DNA of 64,000 bases from the human T2T-CHM13v2.0 reference genome, Homo sapiens (GCF_009914755.1 NC_060946.1); one strand, 5' to 3'. Counted from the stretch's first letter, positions 16,506 to 29,965 are shown. Numbers and translations: made by a program. The notes: generated from the letters alone by a model not told the origin.

Positions 16506-16779
16506 TTTTTTTTTTTTTTTTTTTTTTTGAGATGGAGTCTAGCTCTGTTGCTCAGGCTGGAGTGCAGTGGCGCGATCTGGGCTCACTGCAAGCTCCACCT
16601 CCCGGGTTCACACCATTCTCCTCCTCAGCCTCCCAAGTAGCTGGGAGTACAGGCGCCCGCCACCATGCCTGGCTAATTTTTTTTTTTTGTATTTTTAGTA
16701 GAGACGGAGTTTCACCATGTTAACCAGGATGGTCTCGATCTCCTGCCCCCATGATCTGCCCACCTCGGCCTCCCAAAGT
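16506..16779 (-). mobile_element. 5'-truncated AluY
   Basis: Stops at ...CCTCCCAAAGT; TSD TCATTGGCAGAAT at 16494-16506 and 16779-16791. Confidence 0.92.
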
Positions 16780-17214
16780 CATTGGCAGAATAATTAAGAA
16801 TAATTAAACTAGAACCCCCTCTTGCACTATATACAAAAATCAAATCCAAATGGGTTAAAGACTTAAATCAAAGACACGAAACTACTAAAAGTAAACATTA
16901 GGGAAACTCTCCAGGAAATTGGTCTTGGCACAGATTTCTTGAGTAATACTCCAAAAGCTCAGGCAACCAAAGCTAAAATGAACAAGTGGTATCACATCAA
17001 GTTCAAAAGTTTCTGCATAGTAAAGAAAACAATGGGCAAAGTGAAAAGACAATCCACAGAATGGAAGAAAATATTTGCAAACTATATATCTGACAAGGGA
17101 TTAAAAACCAGAATATATAAGGAGCCCAAACAACTCTATAAGAAAAAAACTAACAATCCAATTATTTAAATGGGCAAAAGATCTGAGCAGACATTTCTCA
17201 AAAGAAGGCACCCA

Positions 17215-17504
17215 GGTCAGGCGCAGTGGCTCACACCTGTAATTCCAGCACTTTGGGGAGCCAAGACGGGTGGGACACTTGAGCCCAGGAGTTCAAGACC
17301 AACCTGAACAACATAGCAAATAATTTTAAAAACTACCTGGGCATGGTGATGCCTGCCTGTGGTCCCAGCTACTCAGGAGGCTGAGGTGGGAGGATTGCTT
17401 GAACCCTGGCAGTCAACATTACATTAAGCCGTGATCATACCACTGCACTCCAGCCTGGACGACAGAGTGAGACGCTGTCTCAAAAAATGAGCAAAAACAA
17501 AAAA
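17215..17504 (+). mobile_element. AluJ
   Basis: TTGAGCCCAGGAGTTCAAGACC and GGGAGGATTGCTTGA J-type diagnostics. Confidence 0.9.
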
Positions 17505-18156
17505 GAAGATATATAAATGTCAAATAGGTATATGAAAAGATGCTCAATATCATTGATCATCAGAGAAATTGAAATCAAAACTACAATAAGATAACAACTT
17601 ACCCCATTAAAATGGCTTTTATGCAAAAGACAGGCAATAACAAATGCTTTCAAGAATGTGGGGAAAAGGGAACTCTCTTACTCTGTTGGTGGGAATGTAA
17701 ATTAGTATATTCACTATGGAGAAAAATATGGAGGTCCCTCAAAAAATTAAAAATAGAACTATCATATGATACAGCAATCCCACTGCTGGGTATATACCCA
17801 AGAGAGGGAAAATTGGTATATCAAAGAGATATCTGCATTCCCATATTTATTTCAGCACTATTCATAATAGCCAAGATTTGGAAGCAACCTAAGTGTGCAT
17901 CAACAGATGAAGGGATAAAGAAAATGTAGTACATATACACAACGGAGTACTCTTCGGCCATGAAAAAGAATAAGATTCTGTCATTTGCAACAACATGGAT
18001 GGAACTAGAGGACATTATTTTAAGTAAAATGAGCCAGGCACAGAAAGACAGACTTTACATGTTCTCACTCATTTGTGGGAGCTAAAAATTAAAACAATTG
18101 AACTCATCAAGATAGAGAGTAGACTGAGAGTTTCCAGAGGCTGGGAAGAGTAGCGG

Positions 18157-18680
18157 TGTTACGGGATCTTTGGGGTGTTACTTTTCTGGACAGAAACCTC
18201 TATGGCTGGTGGCACCTTTGCCCGAGCTTTGCTGGGCCCTGCACACTCAGCCTGGCAGGCTGTGCTCAGCTCATGCTACCACGTTGGATCCCATGCCTGC
18301 CAAGGGAGACTGCGTGGAGTGGCAAGGGGTGTGTGAGTGAGCATGGGGTCTGGCCACTGTGCAGTCAGATCTGCTGGCTGCTGCAGTGGGGCAGGTGGCT
18401 CCAAGTGCCAACACGGACGCCAGCTCTCCACAAGGCTGTGGCTGGATCACGGGCACCTCAACCAGCTTCCATAGCTGGCACACTGGGAACACAGTGGCAC
18501 CCAGAATCTTGGAGATATCAGGAACCAAAGGGCCCCAAAGAAGGACCTGGCTCGGGGAGCTCCCAGGTCTGGGCTCCCCAAAGGGCCACAGCTCTTCTTT
18601 CCTTCTCTTTGCCCACAATGTGGTGAGCAAGGGGCATGTCTCAGCCCTGTTTGTGTTACAGCTCTTTCAGCCTCTTCCCT
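18157..18680 (-). mobile_element. MER52-like ERV1 LTR, partial (3' part only)
   Basis: TGTTACGGGATCTTTGGGGTG...GAAACCTCT...GGATCCCATGCCTGCCAAGGG is the reverse of the recalled MER52 LTR end; GC-rich. Confidence 0.75.
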
Positions 18681-18689
18681 AGGATTTGT

Positions 18690-19400
18690 CATAATTAATT
18701 CCCATATCATCTTATTTTTTTACATGTGTTTGAACTTCAGAAGATGTATGGATCTAAACACAACATGATGTGTTAGCTAGCTGCCATATGAGCTTCTCCC
18801 TGTTTCACCACTATGTAGCCTAAAGTTATTCCGTCATCCATGACTATCCTGTCTAAAGAGTCTGAAGATCTTTATTTGGTAGCTATGGCTTCAGCTAGTT
18901 CATTTGCTAAGTTACCTAGAGTGGTTGACAGATTTCTAATTATACGTTCATGAGAGGTTACTCCCCACCATTGCAAGAGACTTCTGCCAAACATAGGCCA
19001 AAATTCATCTCCTTGGTTTGCAGGTACAGTTTGTCTAATCCTGGAAAATAATTTCAATGAACTACTTCAGCGTTCAGAAACATTGGAGTTATAAATAGAA
19101 AGAGGAAGAGCCACATAACCTAATAGACAATTACCTCTCATATGCCAGTGGTCAACACATTCATAAGCCCATGTGTGCTTGATCCAGGGACCACACAGGG
19201 TCCCTGATGGATTCTGAAATTTAAGGCTTTGGATTACTGGTAACAGAGACATGTTAAAGTACATGTCTTCAGTCTTGAGTAGAGTGTAATCAGTCTGATT
19301 TCTTTTTTTTTTAATGAGACAAACATCAGGTAAAGACCTTGACAAGAAGGAAGAGAAATCCCGAGATTCTATAATCATAATAATCGAATTGTAATTGCTA
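18690..19400 (-). pseudogene. Decayed gamma-type ERV env (SU C-terminus, cleavage site, TM ectodomain)
   Basis: SU end LCGPW...HMRGNCLLGYVALP; cleavage-like FSRIRQ; fusion/heptad region MFGRSLLQWWGVTSHERIIRNLSTTLGNLANELAEAIATK*; then RSSDSLDRIVMDDGITLGYIVVKQGEAHMA (immunosuppressive-domain-like) and, after a frameshift, ANTSCCV*IHTSSEVQTHVKKIR. Confidence 0.8.
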
Positions 19401-19861
19401 GTTTAAGTAGTCCTTCAAAAATACATCTCATTCCTGACAGGATAAAACAAGTTTTATAAAATATATTATATCTGGGTTCACTAGGGAACACTTGGAGCCA
19501 GGAAATAATTCAGGATTCAGACCAAATTATAGGCAAATAATAAAAACTCAGAAAAAATGATCAGGGCTGGAATCTAATAGCATATGTCACAGTTTTCTTT
19601 TGGAACATAAATTTTCTCTCTCTAGTCCATCATTTTATCAAAGACAAATCATAGTAGGACAAATTTCTGTGCAAAATAAGTTTTAGTCTTATCATACCTG
19701 GCCTGATTATTTGCATAAAGTGCAGCAAGAATATTTATTGACCATATAGGCTTCTTAAAATTGGCTTTGTTGGAACTATTTAATAAGGAATCTTAGACTT
19801 TTAAAAGCCTTGAGACTAGCCAAGTCAAAGATTTGCATCAGACTGTGTCTGTAATACTTTT
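19400..19861 (-). mobile_element. ERV1 (MER4-group) internal sequence left of the L1 insertion
   Basis: Continuous with 25159 onward across the L1 TSD. Confidence 0.6.
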
Positions 19862-22800
19862 TTTAACCTACTTTTTTTTTTATTATACTTTAAGTTGTGG
19901 GGTACAAGTGCAGAATGCACAGGTTTGTTACATAGGTATACATGTGCTGTGGTGGTTTGCTGCACCCATCAACCCATCACCTATATTAGGTATTTGTCCT
20001 AATGCTTTCCCTCCCCCCGCCCCCACCCCCCAACACGCCCCAGTGTGTGATGTTCCCCTCCCTGTGTCCTTGTGTTCTCGTTGTTCAACTCCCACTTATG
20101 AGTGAGAACATGTGGTGTTTTGTTTTCTGTTCTTGTGTTAGTTTGCTGAGAATGACGGTTTCCAGCTTCATCCATGTCCCTACAAAGGACATGAACTCAT
20201 CCTTTTTTATGGCTGCATAGTATTCTATGGTGTATATGTGCCACATTTTCTTTATCCAGTCTATAATTGATGGGCATTTGGGTTGGTTCCAAGTCTTTGT
20301 TATTGTGAACAGTCCTGCAATAAAAATACGTGTGCATTTGTCTTTATGGTAGAATGATTTATAATCCTTTGGGTATATACCCAGTAATGGGATTTCTGGG
20401 CCAAATGGTATTTCTAGTCCTAGATCCTTGAGGAATAGCCACACTGTCTTCCACAATGGTTGAACTAATTTACACTCCCACCAACAGTGTAAAAGCATTC
20501 CTATTTCTCCACACCCTCTCCAGTATCTGTTGTTTCCTGACTTTTTAATGATCACCATTCTAACTGGCATGAGATGGTATCTCATTGTGGTTTTGATTTG
20601 CATTTCTCTAATGACTAGTCATGATGAGCTTTTTTTCATATGTTTGTTGGTTGCATAATTGTCCTCTTTTAAGAAGTGTCTGTTCACATCCTTTGCCCAC
20701 TTTTTGATGGGATTGTTCTTTCTTGTAAATTTGTTTAAGTTCTTTGTAGATTCTGGATATTAGCCCTTTGTCAGATGGATAGATTGCAAAAATTTTCTCC
20801 CATTTTGGAGGTTGCTCGTTCACTCTCACAGTTTCTTTTGCTTTCCAGAAGCGCTTTAGTTTAATTAGGTCCCATTTGTCAATTTTGTTTTTTTTGTCAT
20901 TGTTTTTGGTGTTTTAGTCATGAAGTCTTTGCCCATGCCTACGTCCTGAATGGTATTGCCTAGGTTTTCCTCTAGGGTTTTTATGGCTTTAGGTATTAAG
21001 TTTAAGTCTTTAATCCATCTTGAGTTAATTTTTATATAAGGTGTACGGAAGGGATCCAGTTTCAGCTTTCTGCCTAAGGCTAGCCAGTTTTCCCAACACC
21101 ATTTATTAAATAAGGAATCCTTTACCCAGTGCTTGTTTTTCTCAGGTTTGTCAAAGATCAGATGGTTGTAGATATGTGGTGTTGTTTCTGAGGGTTCTGT
21201 TCTGTTCCTTTGATCTATATATCTGTTTTGGTACAAGTACCATGCTGTTTTGGTTACCGTTGCCTTGTAGTATAGTTTGAAGTCAGGTAGCATGATGCTT
21301 CCAGCTTTGTTCTTTTTGCTTAGGATTGTCTTGGCTATTCGGGCTCTTTTTTGATTCCATATGAAATTTAAAATATATTTTTCCAATTCCGTGGAGAAAG
21401 TCAATGGTAGTTTAATGGGGATAGCAGTGAATCTATAAATTTCTTTGGGTAGTATGGCCATTTTCATGATATTGATTCTTCCTATCGATGAGCATGGAGT
21501 GTTTTTCCATTTGTTTGTGTCCTCTCTTTTTCCTTGAGGAGTGGTTTGTAGTTCTCCTTGAAGAGGTCCTTCACATCATTGTAAGTTGTATTCCTAGGTA
21601 TTTCATTCTTGTTGTAGCAATGGCGAATGGGAGTTCACTCATAGTTTGGCTCTCTGTTTGTCTGTTATTGGTGAATAAGAAAGCTTGTGATTTTTGCACA
21701 TTGATTTTGTATCCTGAAACTTTGCTGAAGTTGCTTATCAGCTTAAGGAAATTTTGGGCTGAGACGATGGGGTTTTCTAAATATATAATCATGTCATCTG
21801 CAAACAGAGACAATTTGACTTCTTCTTTTCCTAATTGAATACGCTTTATTTCTTTCTCTTGCCTGATTACCCTGGCCAGAGCTTCCAACACTATGTGGAA
21901 TAGGAGTAGTGAGAGAGGGCATCCTTGTCTTGTGCTGATTTTCAAAGGGAGTGCTTCCAGTTTTTGCACATTCAGTATGTTATTGGCTGTGGGTTTGTCA
22001 TGAATAGCACTTAATATTTTGAGATATGTTCCATCGATACCAGTTTATTCAGAGTTTTTAGCATGAAGGGCTGTTGAATTTTGTCAAAGGCCTTTTCTGC
22101 ATCTATTGAGATAATCATGTAGTTTTTGTCATTGATTCCGTTTATATGATGGATTACATTTATTGATTTGCATGTTGAACCAGCCTTGCATCCCAGGGAT
22201 GAAGTCAACTTGGTCATGGTGGACAAGATTTTTGATGTGCTGCTGGATTCAGTTTTCCAGTATTTTATTCAGGATTTCTGCATTGATGTTCATCAGGGCT
22301 ATTGGCCTAAAATTTTCTTTTTTTGTTGTGTCCCTGCCAGGTTTTTGTATCAAGATGATCCTGGCCTCATAAAATGAATTAGGGAGGATTCTCTCTTTTT
22401 CTATTGTTTGGAATGGTTTCAGAAGGAATGGTACCAGCTCCTCTTTGTACCTCTGGTAGAATTTGGCTGTGAATCCGTCTGGTCCTGGATTTTTTTTCGT
22501 TGGTAGGGTATTGATTAATGCCTCAATTTCAGAACCTGTTATTGGTCTTTTCAGGAATTTGACTTCTTCCTGGTTTAGTCTTGGTAGAATTCTCTGATGA
22601 TAATTTGTATTTCTGTGGGACCAGTGGTGATATCCCCTTAATCATTTTTTATTGCATCTATTTGATTCTTCTCTCTTTTCTTCTTTACTAGTCTGGCAAG
22701 TAGTCTGTTTTGTTGATCTTTTCAAAAAACCGGCTCCTGGATTCATTGATTTTTTGAAGAGTTTTTCGTGTCTCTATCTCCTTCAATTCTGCTCTGATCT

Positions 22801-25158
22801 TATTTATGTCTTGCCTTCTGCTAGCTTTTGAATTTACTTGTTCTTGCTTCTCTAGTTCTTTTAATTTTGATGTTAAGGTGTCAATTTTAGATCTTTCCTG
22901 CTTTCTCTTGTGGGCATTTAGTGCTATAAATTTCCCTCTACACACTGCTTTAAAAGTGTCCCAGGGATTCTGGTACGTTGTGTCTTGGTTCTCACTGGTT
23001 TTGAAGAACATCTTTATTTCTGCCTTCATTTCGTTATTTAGCCAGTAGTCATTCAGGAGCAGGTTGCCCAGTTTCCATGTAGTTGTGAGGTTTTGAGTGA
23101 GTTTCTTAATCCTGTATACTAATTTGAATACATTGTGGTCTGAGAGACTGTTTGTTATGATTTCCATTATTTTGCATTTCCTGAGGAGTGTTTTACTTCC
23201 AATTATGTGGTCAATTTTAGAATAAGTGCAATGTGGTGCTGAGAAGAAGGTACATTCTGTTGATTTGGGGTGGAGAGTTCTGTAGATATCTTTTAGGTCC
23301 ACTTGGTCCAGAGCTGAGTTCAAGTCCTGGATATTCTTGTTAATTTTCTGTCTCATCTATCTAATATTGACAGTGGAGTGTTAAAGTCTCCCACTATTAT
23401 TGTGTGGGAGTCTAAGTCTCTTTGTAGGTCTTTAAGAACTTGCTTTATGAATCTGAGTGCTCCTGTATTGGGTGCATATATGTCTAGGATAGTTAGCTCT
23501 TCTTGTTGCATTGATCCCTTTACCATTATGTAATGCCCTTCTTTGTCTCTTTTTATCTTTGTTGGCTTAAGATCTGTTTTATCAGAAACTAGGATTGCAA
23601 CCCCTGCTTTTTGTTGCTTTCCACTTGCTTGTTAAATGTTCCTTCATCCCTTTATTTTGAGCCTATGTGTATGAGATGGGTCTCCTGAATACAGCACATT
23701 GATGGGTCTTGACTCTTTATCCAATTTGCCAGTCTGTGTCTTTCAATTGGGGGCATTTAGCTCATTTACATTTAAGGTTAATATTGTTATGTGTGAATTT
23801 GATCCTGTCATTATGATACTAGGTGGTAATTTTGCTCATTAGTTGATGCAGTTTTTTCATAGTGTCAATTGTCTTTATAATTTGGTATGTTTTTGCAGTG
23901 GCTGTTACCAGTTGTTCCTTTCCATGTTTAGTGCTTCCTTCAGGAGTTCTTGTAAGGCAGGCCTGGTGGTGACAATATCTCTCAGCATTTGCTTGAAAAG
24001 GATTTTATTTCTCCTTCAATTATGAAGCTTAGTTTGGCTGGATATGAAATTCTGGCTTGAAAATTCTTTTCTTTAGGAATGTTGTATATTGGCCCCCACT
24101 CTCTTCTGGCTTGTAGGCTTTCTGCCAAGAGATCCACTGTTAGTCTGATGGGCTTCCCTTTGTGGGTAACTCAACCTTTCTCTCTGGCTGCCCTTATTAT
24201 TTTTTCCCTCATTTCAACCTTGGTGAATCTGATGACTTTGTGTCTTGGGGTTGCTCTTCTTGAGGAGTATCTTAGTGGCGTTCTCTGTATTTCCTGAATT
24301 TGAATGTTGGCCTGTCTTCCTGGGTTGGGGAATTTCTCCTGGATAATATCCTTAAGAATGTTTCTCAACTTGGTTCCATTCTCTCTGTCACTTTCAGGTA
24401 CACCAATCAAACATAGACTCAGTGTTTTAACATAGTCCTCTATTTCTTGGAGGCTTTGTTCATTTCTTTTCACTCTTTTTTCTCTAATCTTGTCTTCTTG
24501 CTTAATTTCTTTGAGTTGATCTTCAATCTGTGATATCCTTTCTCCTGCTTGATTGATTCAGCTATTGATACTTGTGTATGCTTCATGAAGTTCTTGTGCT
24601 GGGTTTTTCAGCTCCATCAGGTCATTTATATTCTTCTCTAAACTGGTTATTCTAGTTAACAATTCGCCTAACCTTTTTTTTCAGGCTCTTAGCTTCCTTG
24701 CATTGGGTTAGAACATGCTCCTTTAGCTCGGAGGAGTTTGTTATTACCCGCCTTCTGAAGCCTACTTCTGTCAATTCGTCAAACTCATTGTCTGTCCAGT
24801 TTTGTTCCCTTGCTGGCGGGGAGTTGTGATCTTCTGGAGGAGAAGAGGCATTCTGGCTTTTGGAGTTTTCAGCCTTTTTGCACTGGTTTCTCCCCGTCTT
24901 TGTGGATTTATCTACCTTTGGTCTTTGATGTTGGTGGTGTTGATACTATTCCTTTCTGTTTGTTAGTTTTCCTTCTAACAGTCAGGTCCCTCTGCTGCAG
25001 GTTTGCTCGAGTTTGCTGGAGGTCCACTCCAGACCTGTTTGCCTGGGTGTCACCAGTGGAGGCTCAGTTGGAAATGCATGAACAACCTGCCTTCTGTGTT
25101 GATCTCACTGGGTGCTGCAGGCCGGAGCTGTTCCTATTCAGACATCTTGCCAGCTCTC
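19862..25158 (-). mobile_element. Near-complete L1PA (about L1PA7/8): intact 5' start, spliced-out 5'UTR, decayed ORF1/ORF2, 3'UTR, poly-A
   Basis: 5' end GGAGAGCTGGCAAGATGTCTGAATAGG; ORF1 remnant 24171-24473; ORF2 remnants 22688-23356, 21571-21969, 20865-21467 and 20085-20603; TSD CTGTAATACTTTT at 19849-19861 and 25159-25171. Confidence 0.95.
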
Positions 25159-25942
25159 CTGTAATACTTTTATGAATGGGTGTAGTCCTCTCTTCTCAAG
25201 GTCCCCAAATATCTTGAGGTTCCTGGGCCCGTCAGAAAGTGACATTCTTTACTTCTTACCACAAGGACAGCAAATTTGTAAAGGATCCTTGTAGACAGGA
25301 CATCAAGCCAGTCATTCTAAGGAGCTTTGTATTGGTGCTATAAAGTCAACCTCAATTCCTTAAAGTGGTCTGGTTGTATCTGCCATTCAAGTTAAAGCCT
25401 TGATAAAACAAACAGTGTCTCCAATTGAATCTTGTTACCAAAAACAGATTCTTATTGAAATTATGCAAATAATTATATTGCCATAATTTAAGAATGCTCA
25501 CGAATGGCTTCTGAATTCTGGAGAAATCAGCTAGAGAGACAGATAAATGGCTCAAATTTTTGTTCACAATGTAGTTTATCTAATATATTGTAAGTTAAAA
25601 ATAGCTGAAAAGAAAAAAAATTCTTGACTTTGGAAAACAAAACATAAAGAGAATCAACAATGTTTCCAATGGAAAGGCCATGAATAAAATCTTTTCCTTC
25701 TTTTATAAGTTCAGTCCCATGTAACTACAGCTTGTTCTGCTTGATTTCAAATAGCAATTCTCATTCAGTTTTTTGTGTTCTGCTTGATTTCAATTGGAAA
25801 TTCTCATTCAGCTTTTTAGAGTCCTGGAAGATTTTCATAGTCCAATGGTATGATCCCCAAAGTTATCTGAAACCATATTTAAGAGAACTTGTCAGAGTCC
25901 TTTCCATTAAAAGTAATTTAGATGATAGCTGATTGTAAAGAC

Positions 25943-26243
25943 TTTTTTTTTTTTTTGAGACACGGTCTGGCTCTATCACTCAGGATGGAGTGCAGTGACA
26001 TGATCTTGGTTCACTGCAATCTCTCCCACCCAAACTCAAGCCATCCTCCTACCTCAGCCTCTGAAGTAGCTGGGACCATAGGCATGCACCATCATGCCTG
26101 GCTAATTTTTGTATTCTTGTAGAGAGAGGATTTTACCATGTTGCCCAGGCTGCTTTAAAACTTCTGAGTTTAAGCAATTCACCCACCTCGGCCTTCCAAA
26201 GTGCTGGGATTTTTACACGCGCGAGCCACCGTGCCCTGCACGG
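25943..26243 (-). mobile_element. AluJ
   Basis: Reverse Alu dimer; a short duplicate of its head follows (CACCGCGCCTGGCC ~26251). Confidence 0.9.
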
Positions 26244-26635
26244 CCTTCAGCACCGCGCCTGGCCTGTAAAGGGTTTTAGAGAAGAACTTTAAACAATCAC
26301 CGTGGATGACAAAAACTTAGAAGAGCCTTTGGTTAAAATCCAGTGGAAGTTCTCAACTGGTGAGGAAATTTAGTTATTTCTATTATATGTAGCATTTTAA
26401 GATAACAGCCAGAATCATGACTGACGGCAACACATCAGATCCATCAGACTTCCACAAATTTTATACAATCTTTAGAATATTTATATTAATAATATATCTA
26501 TACATATACAACTTTAGAGAATATTTAACATCATCAAAATTATCACTGATACCATATCAGATTTTTATAATTTATATAACATTTAAAATATTTATATTAA
26601 TAATATACCTATAAATGTAACCAAAAGAAGATTTA

Positions 26636-26931
26636 GGCCAGGCACAGTGGCTCATGCCTGTAATCCCAACACTTTGGGAGGCCAAGTTGGACAGATCATC
26701 AGAGGTCAGGATTTCGACACCAGCCTGGCCGACATGGAGAAATCTTGTCTCTACTAAAAATACAAAATTAGCCGGGCGTGGTGGCATGTGTCTGTAGTCC
26801 CAGCTACTTGGGAGGTTGAGGCAGGAGAATCGCTTGAACCTTGGGGCAGAGGTTGCAGTGAACCTAGATCATGCCACTGCACTCCAGCCTGGGTGACAAA
26901 GCAAGATTCTGTCTCAGAGAGAAAAAAAAAA
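26636..26931 (+). mobile_element. AluSx-like
   Basis: Full dimer, TSD AAAAGAAGATTTA. Confidence 0.93.
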
Positions 26932-27049
26932 GAAGATTTAGTGTTACTTATCTTTTGGCAATGCTTGCCATACAATGTTATCAACTAAGTTTTAACAAAG
27001 ATGTAAAAAAATTGAAAAGATTTGACCAAAACAGAATGACAGTTTATTG

Positions 27050-27352
27050 TTTTTAATTTTATTATTTTTTTGAGACAGGGTCTCACCCTGTTGCCCAGGC
27101 TGGAGTGCAGTGGTGAAATCATGGCTCACTGCAGCCTCAACCTCCCAGGATCAGGTGATCCTCCACCTTAGTCTCCCAAGTAGCCAGGACTATGAGCACG
27201 TGCTACCACACACAGCTAGCTTTTTTATTTTTAGTAGAGATGGGGTTTTGCCATTTTGCCCAGGCTGGAGTTGAACTCCTGGGCTCAACTGATCCACCCA
27301 CCTTGGCTTCCCAAAGGGCTGGAATTACAGACATGAGCTGCTGCACACAGCC
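27050..27352 (-). mobile_element. AluJ
   Basis: ATCATGGCTCACTGCAGCCTCAACC; CTCCTGGGCTCAA. Confidence 0.9.
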
Positions 27353-28488
27353 ACATGTCATTTTTAAATAGCAGTCATTCATTTAATTAGCATGACAACC
27401 AAAAGACATCAAAAGCAACATAGAAGGTTACATGGATGTGAAAACTGAAAACCCTCAGTTTTCCCAAGTAATTAAAAAAAAATAAAGGCAACACATGGAT
27501 TATCTTGATAAAACCTAAAATCTTCATTACAGGCCAGTCATTTAAAGGGTAAAACTCCTGTGGCATAACTGTGTCTTCTTATGGGAAGCTAATTTAAATC
27601 ACTTGGAAGTCAATTCCGATGACAAGGAGACTTTAATTTAATTAGACATAGAAAGAGTGTGTCCAGGGTCATGAGTGAGCATAATATTACAAAGGAATGT
27701 AAACAGGAAAACCAGAGCATAGAGCAGTGGGGATCCATAGCTCACAATGATAGCATGGAAGTTTCCTGGTTACATGAAGTAATTAAGACATATTTAAAAG
27801 CCAAGAATACAAAATTAGACCTGATGAAAAAGCTGAAGGAGTTATCATCCCAGCCAAGCAGGAAACCCAAGCCTTTTATTCCTTCTCAAGAAGGAACAGG
27901 AGACAGTGATGTGATCTGTGAGTCATGTGTAACATGAAAGTACAGGAGAAGTTGAACTTCTGATATACAAATCTGAAAAGTTTTTATAGTAATAGATTTC
28001 AGGATTAAAAGTCAATATTTATTACCTCTTCTTATGAGCAAATAAATACATTAAGAAAACCTTGTTGTTTTAACCAAAATTTTTAGTATTTTATCACTCT
28101 TTTTAATATTACAGCTAATTTAAATAAACTTTATAAACAATCTATCTGATCTCAATCAGTTTTGACCTCGATGTAAGATTTACATAAACTTTTAATAACC
28201 TTGTATAATTTTTTCATCTTTCCCAACTTTTTATACACATTTAGTTTTATCTATCTTTTTTATTCCTTCAATTTAAAATAATCCTTAAAAATCTCTAAGC
28301 GAATTTACTTTCTCTGAAAAAAAAACCGGTATACATTTTGCATACAGAATTGTTTCTCTTGTATCTAGTAGTCTTAATCACATATATCTACCAAGATATT
28401 AACACTTAGTAACCCTTATTTTAATAGAAAACCTAGGAAGCAAGAAATCTTGAATTGTCATATAGCAGTATCTTACATATGAGAATAA

Positions 28489-28822
<334 letters not shown>

Positions 28823-28901
28823 TAAGTCTTAAATTGGAAATAACCCAGATATTTAATGAGTATCTATTATTTAATTTAACATAACTAAAATTTCAAAAAT
28901 A

Positions 28902-29184
28902 GGCTGGGCATGGTGGCTCACACCTGTAATCCCAACACTTTGGGAGGCCAAGGCAGGAGTATCATGAAACCAGCCTGAGCAAAATAGTGAGATGCTGACT
29001 CTACAAAAAAAATAAAAGTTAGCTGACCATGGTGGTGCATACCTGTAATTAACAGCTACTTGGGAGGCTGAGATGGGAGGATCCCTTGAGTGCAGGAGTT
29101 CAAGGTTGCAGTGAGCTGTGATCATGCCACTGCACTTCAGCCTGGGTGACAGACAGAGACACTGTCTCAAAAAAATTTCAAAAA
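28902..29184 (+). mobile_element. AluJ with small internal deletion
   Basis: GGGAGGATCCCTTGAG...AGGAGTTCAAGGTTGCAGTGAGC. Confidence 0.9.
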
Positions 29185-29650
29185 TACATTAAGATGTCTT
29201 GTATAGACATTTATCCATTTACATTTACTTATTTTTGACAGTTTATCTAGAGTATTTGTGAGAACTGAGGTATTAGACAAAGCTAGTCATCATTTCTAGG
29301 TTATTTTATTGTTAACCATGTTATAGCCTGTGAATATCAGGTGTTCACATAAGTGAGGACTTCAAAGTTAAATACATGGGTATTTTACCAATAACACAGA
29401 AAATTCCATTATTTTTGTTCAACAAACCATATTAAATTGGCCTTATGTATTTAAAAAATCACATAAACAAATATTCTTTTTTTTCCTGTGTTTACAGCTT
29501 TATAACCTTCATGCCAAACCCTAGCACCTTAAAATATCTAGCAAATGTAAATATAAAACACAAAAATGTATGCTGAAAATTCTGAAGACATTTCTATTTT
29601 TATTTTATCAATACTTTTTAAATTATTTGTATTTATAAAAGAACTCTTTT

Positions 29651-29965
29651 GTCTGGGCACAGTGGTTCATGCCTGTATCCCAGCAGTTTGAGAGGCTGCG
29701 GCAAGAGGATCACTTGAGCTCAGGAGTTTGAGACCAGCCTGGGCAACATAGTGAGACCCAATCTCTACTAAGAATAAGATAAACAATTACCAGGCATGGT
29801 GGTGCATGCCTATTGTCGCCTCTACTAGAGAGGATGAGGCAGGAGGATTGCTTGAGCCTGGGAGTTTGAGATAACAGTGAGCTATGATCCCACTACTGCA
29901 CTCCAGTCTGGGGAACAGATTGAGACCTTAGAGTGAGACCTTGTCTCAAAAAGAGAAAAAAATAA
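29651..29965 (+). mobile_element. AluJ
   Basis: GGATCACTTGAGCTCAGGAGTTTGAG; GGAGGATTGCTTGAGCC. Confidence 0.9.

Noticed and set aside
18156-18710. Four overlapping ORFs of 87-156 aa
   Set aside because: All lie within the GC-rich MER52-like LTR.
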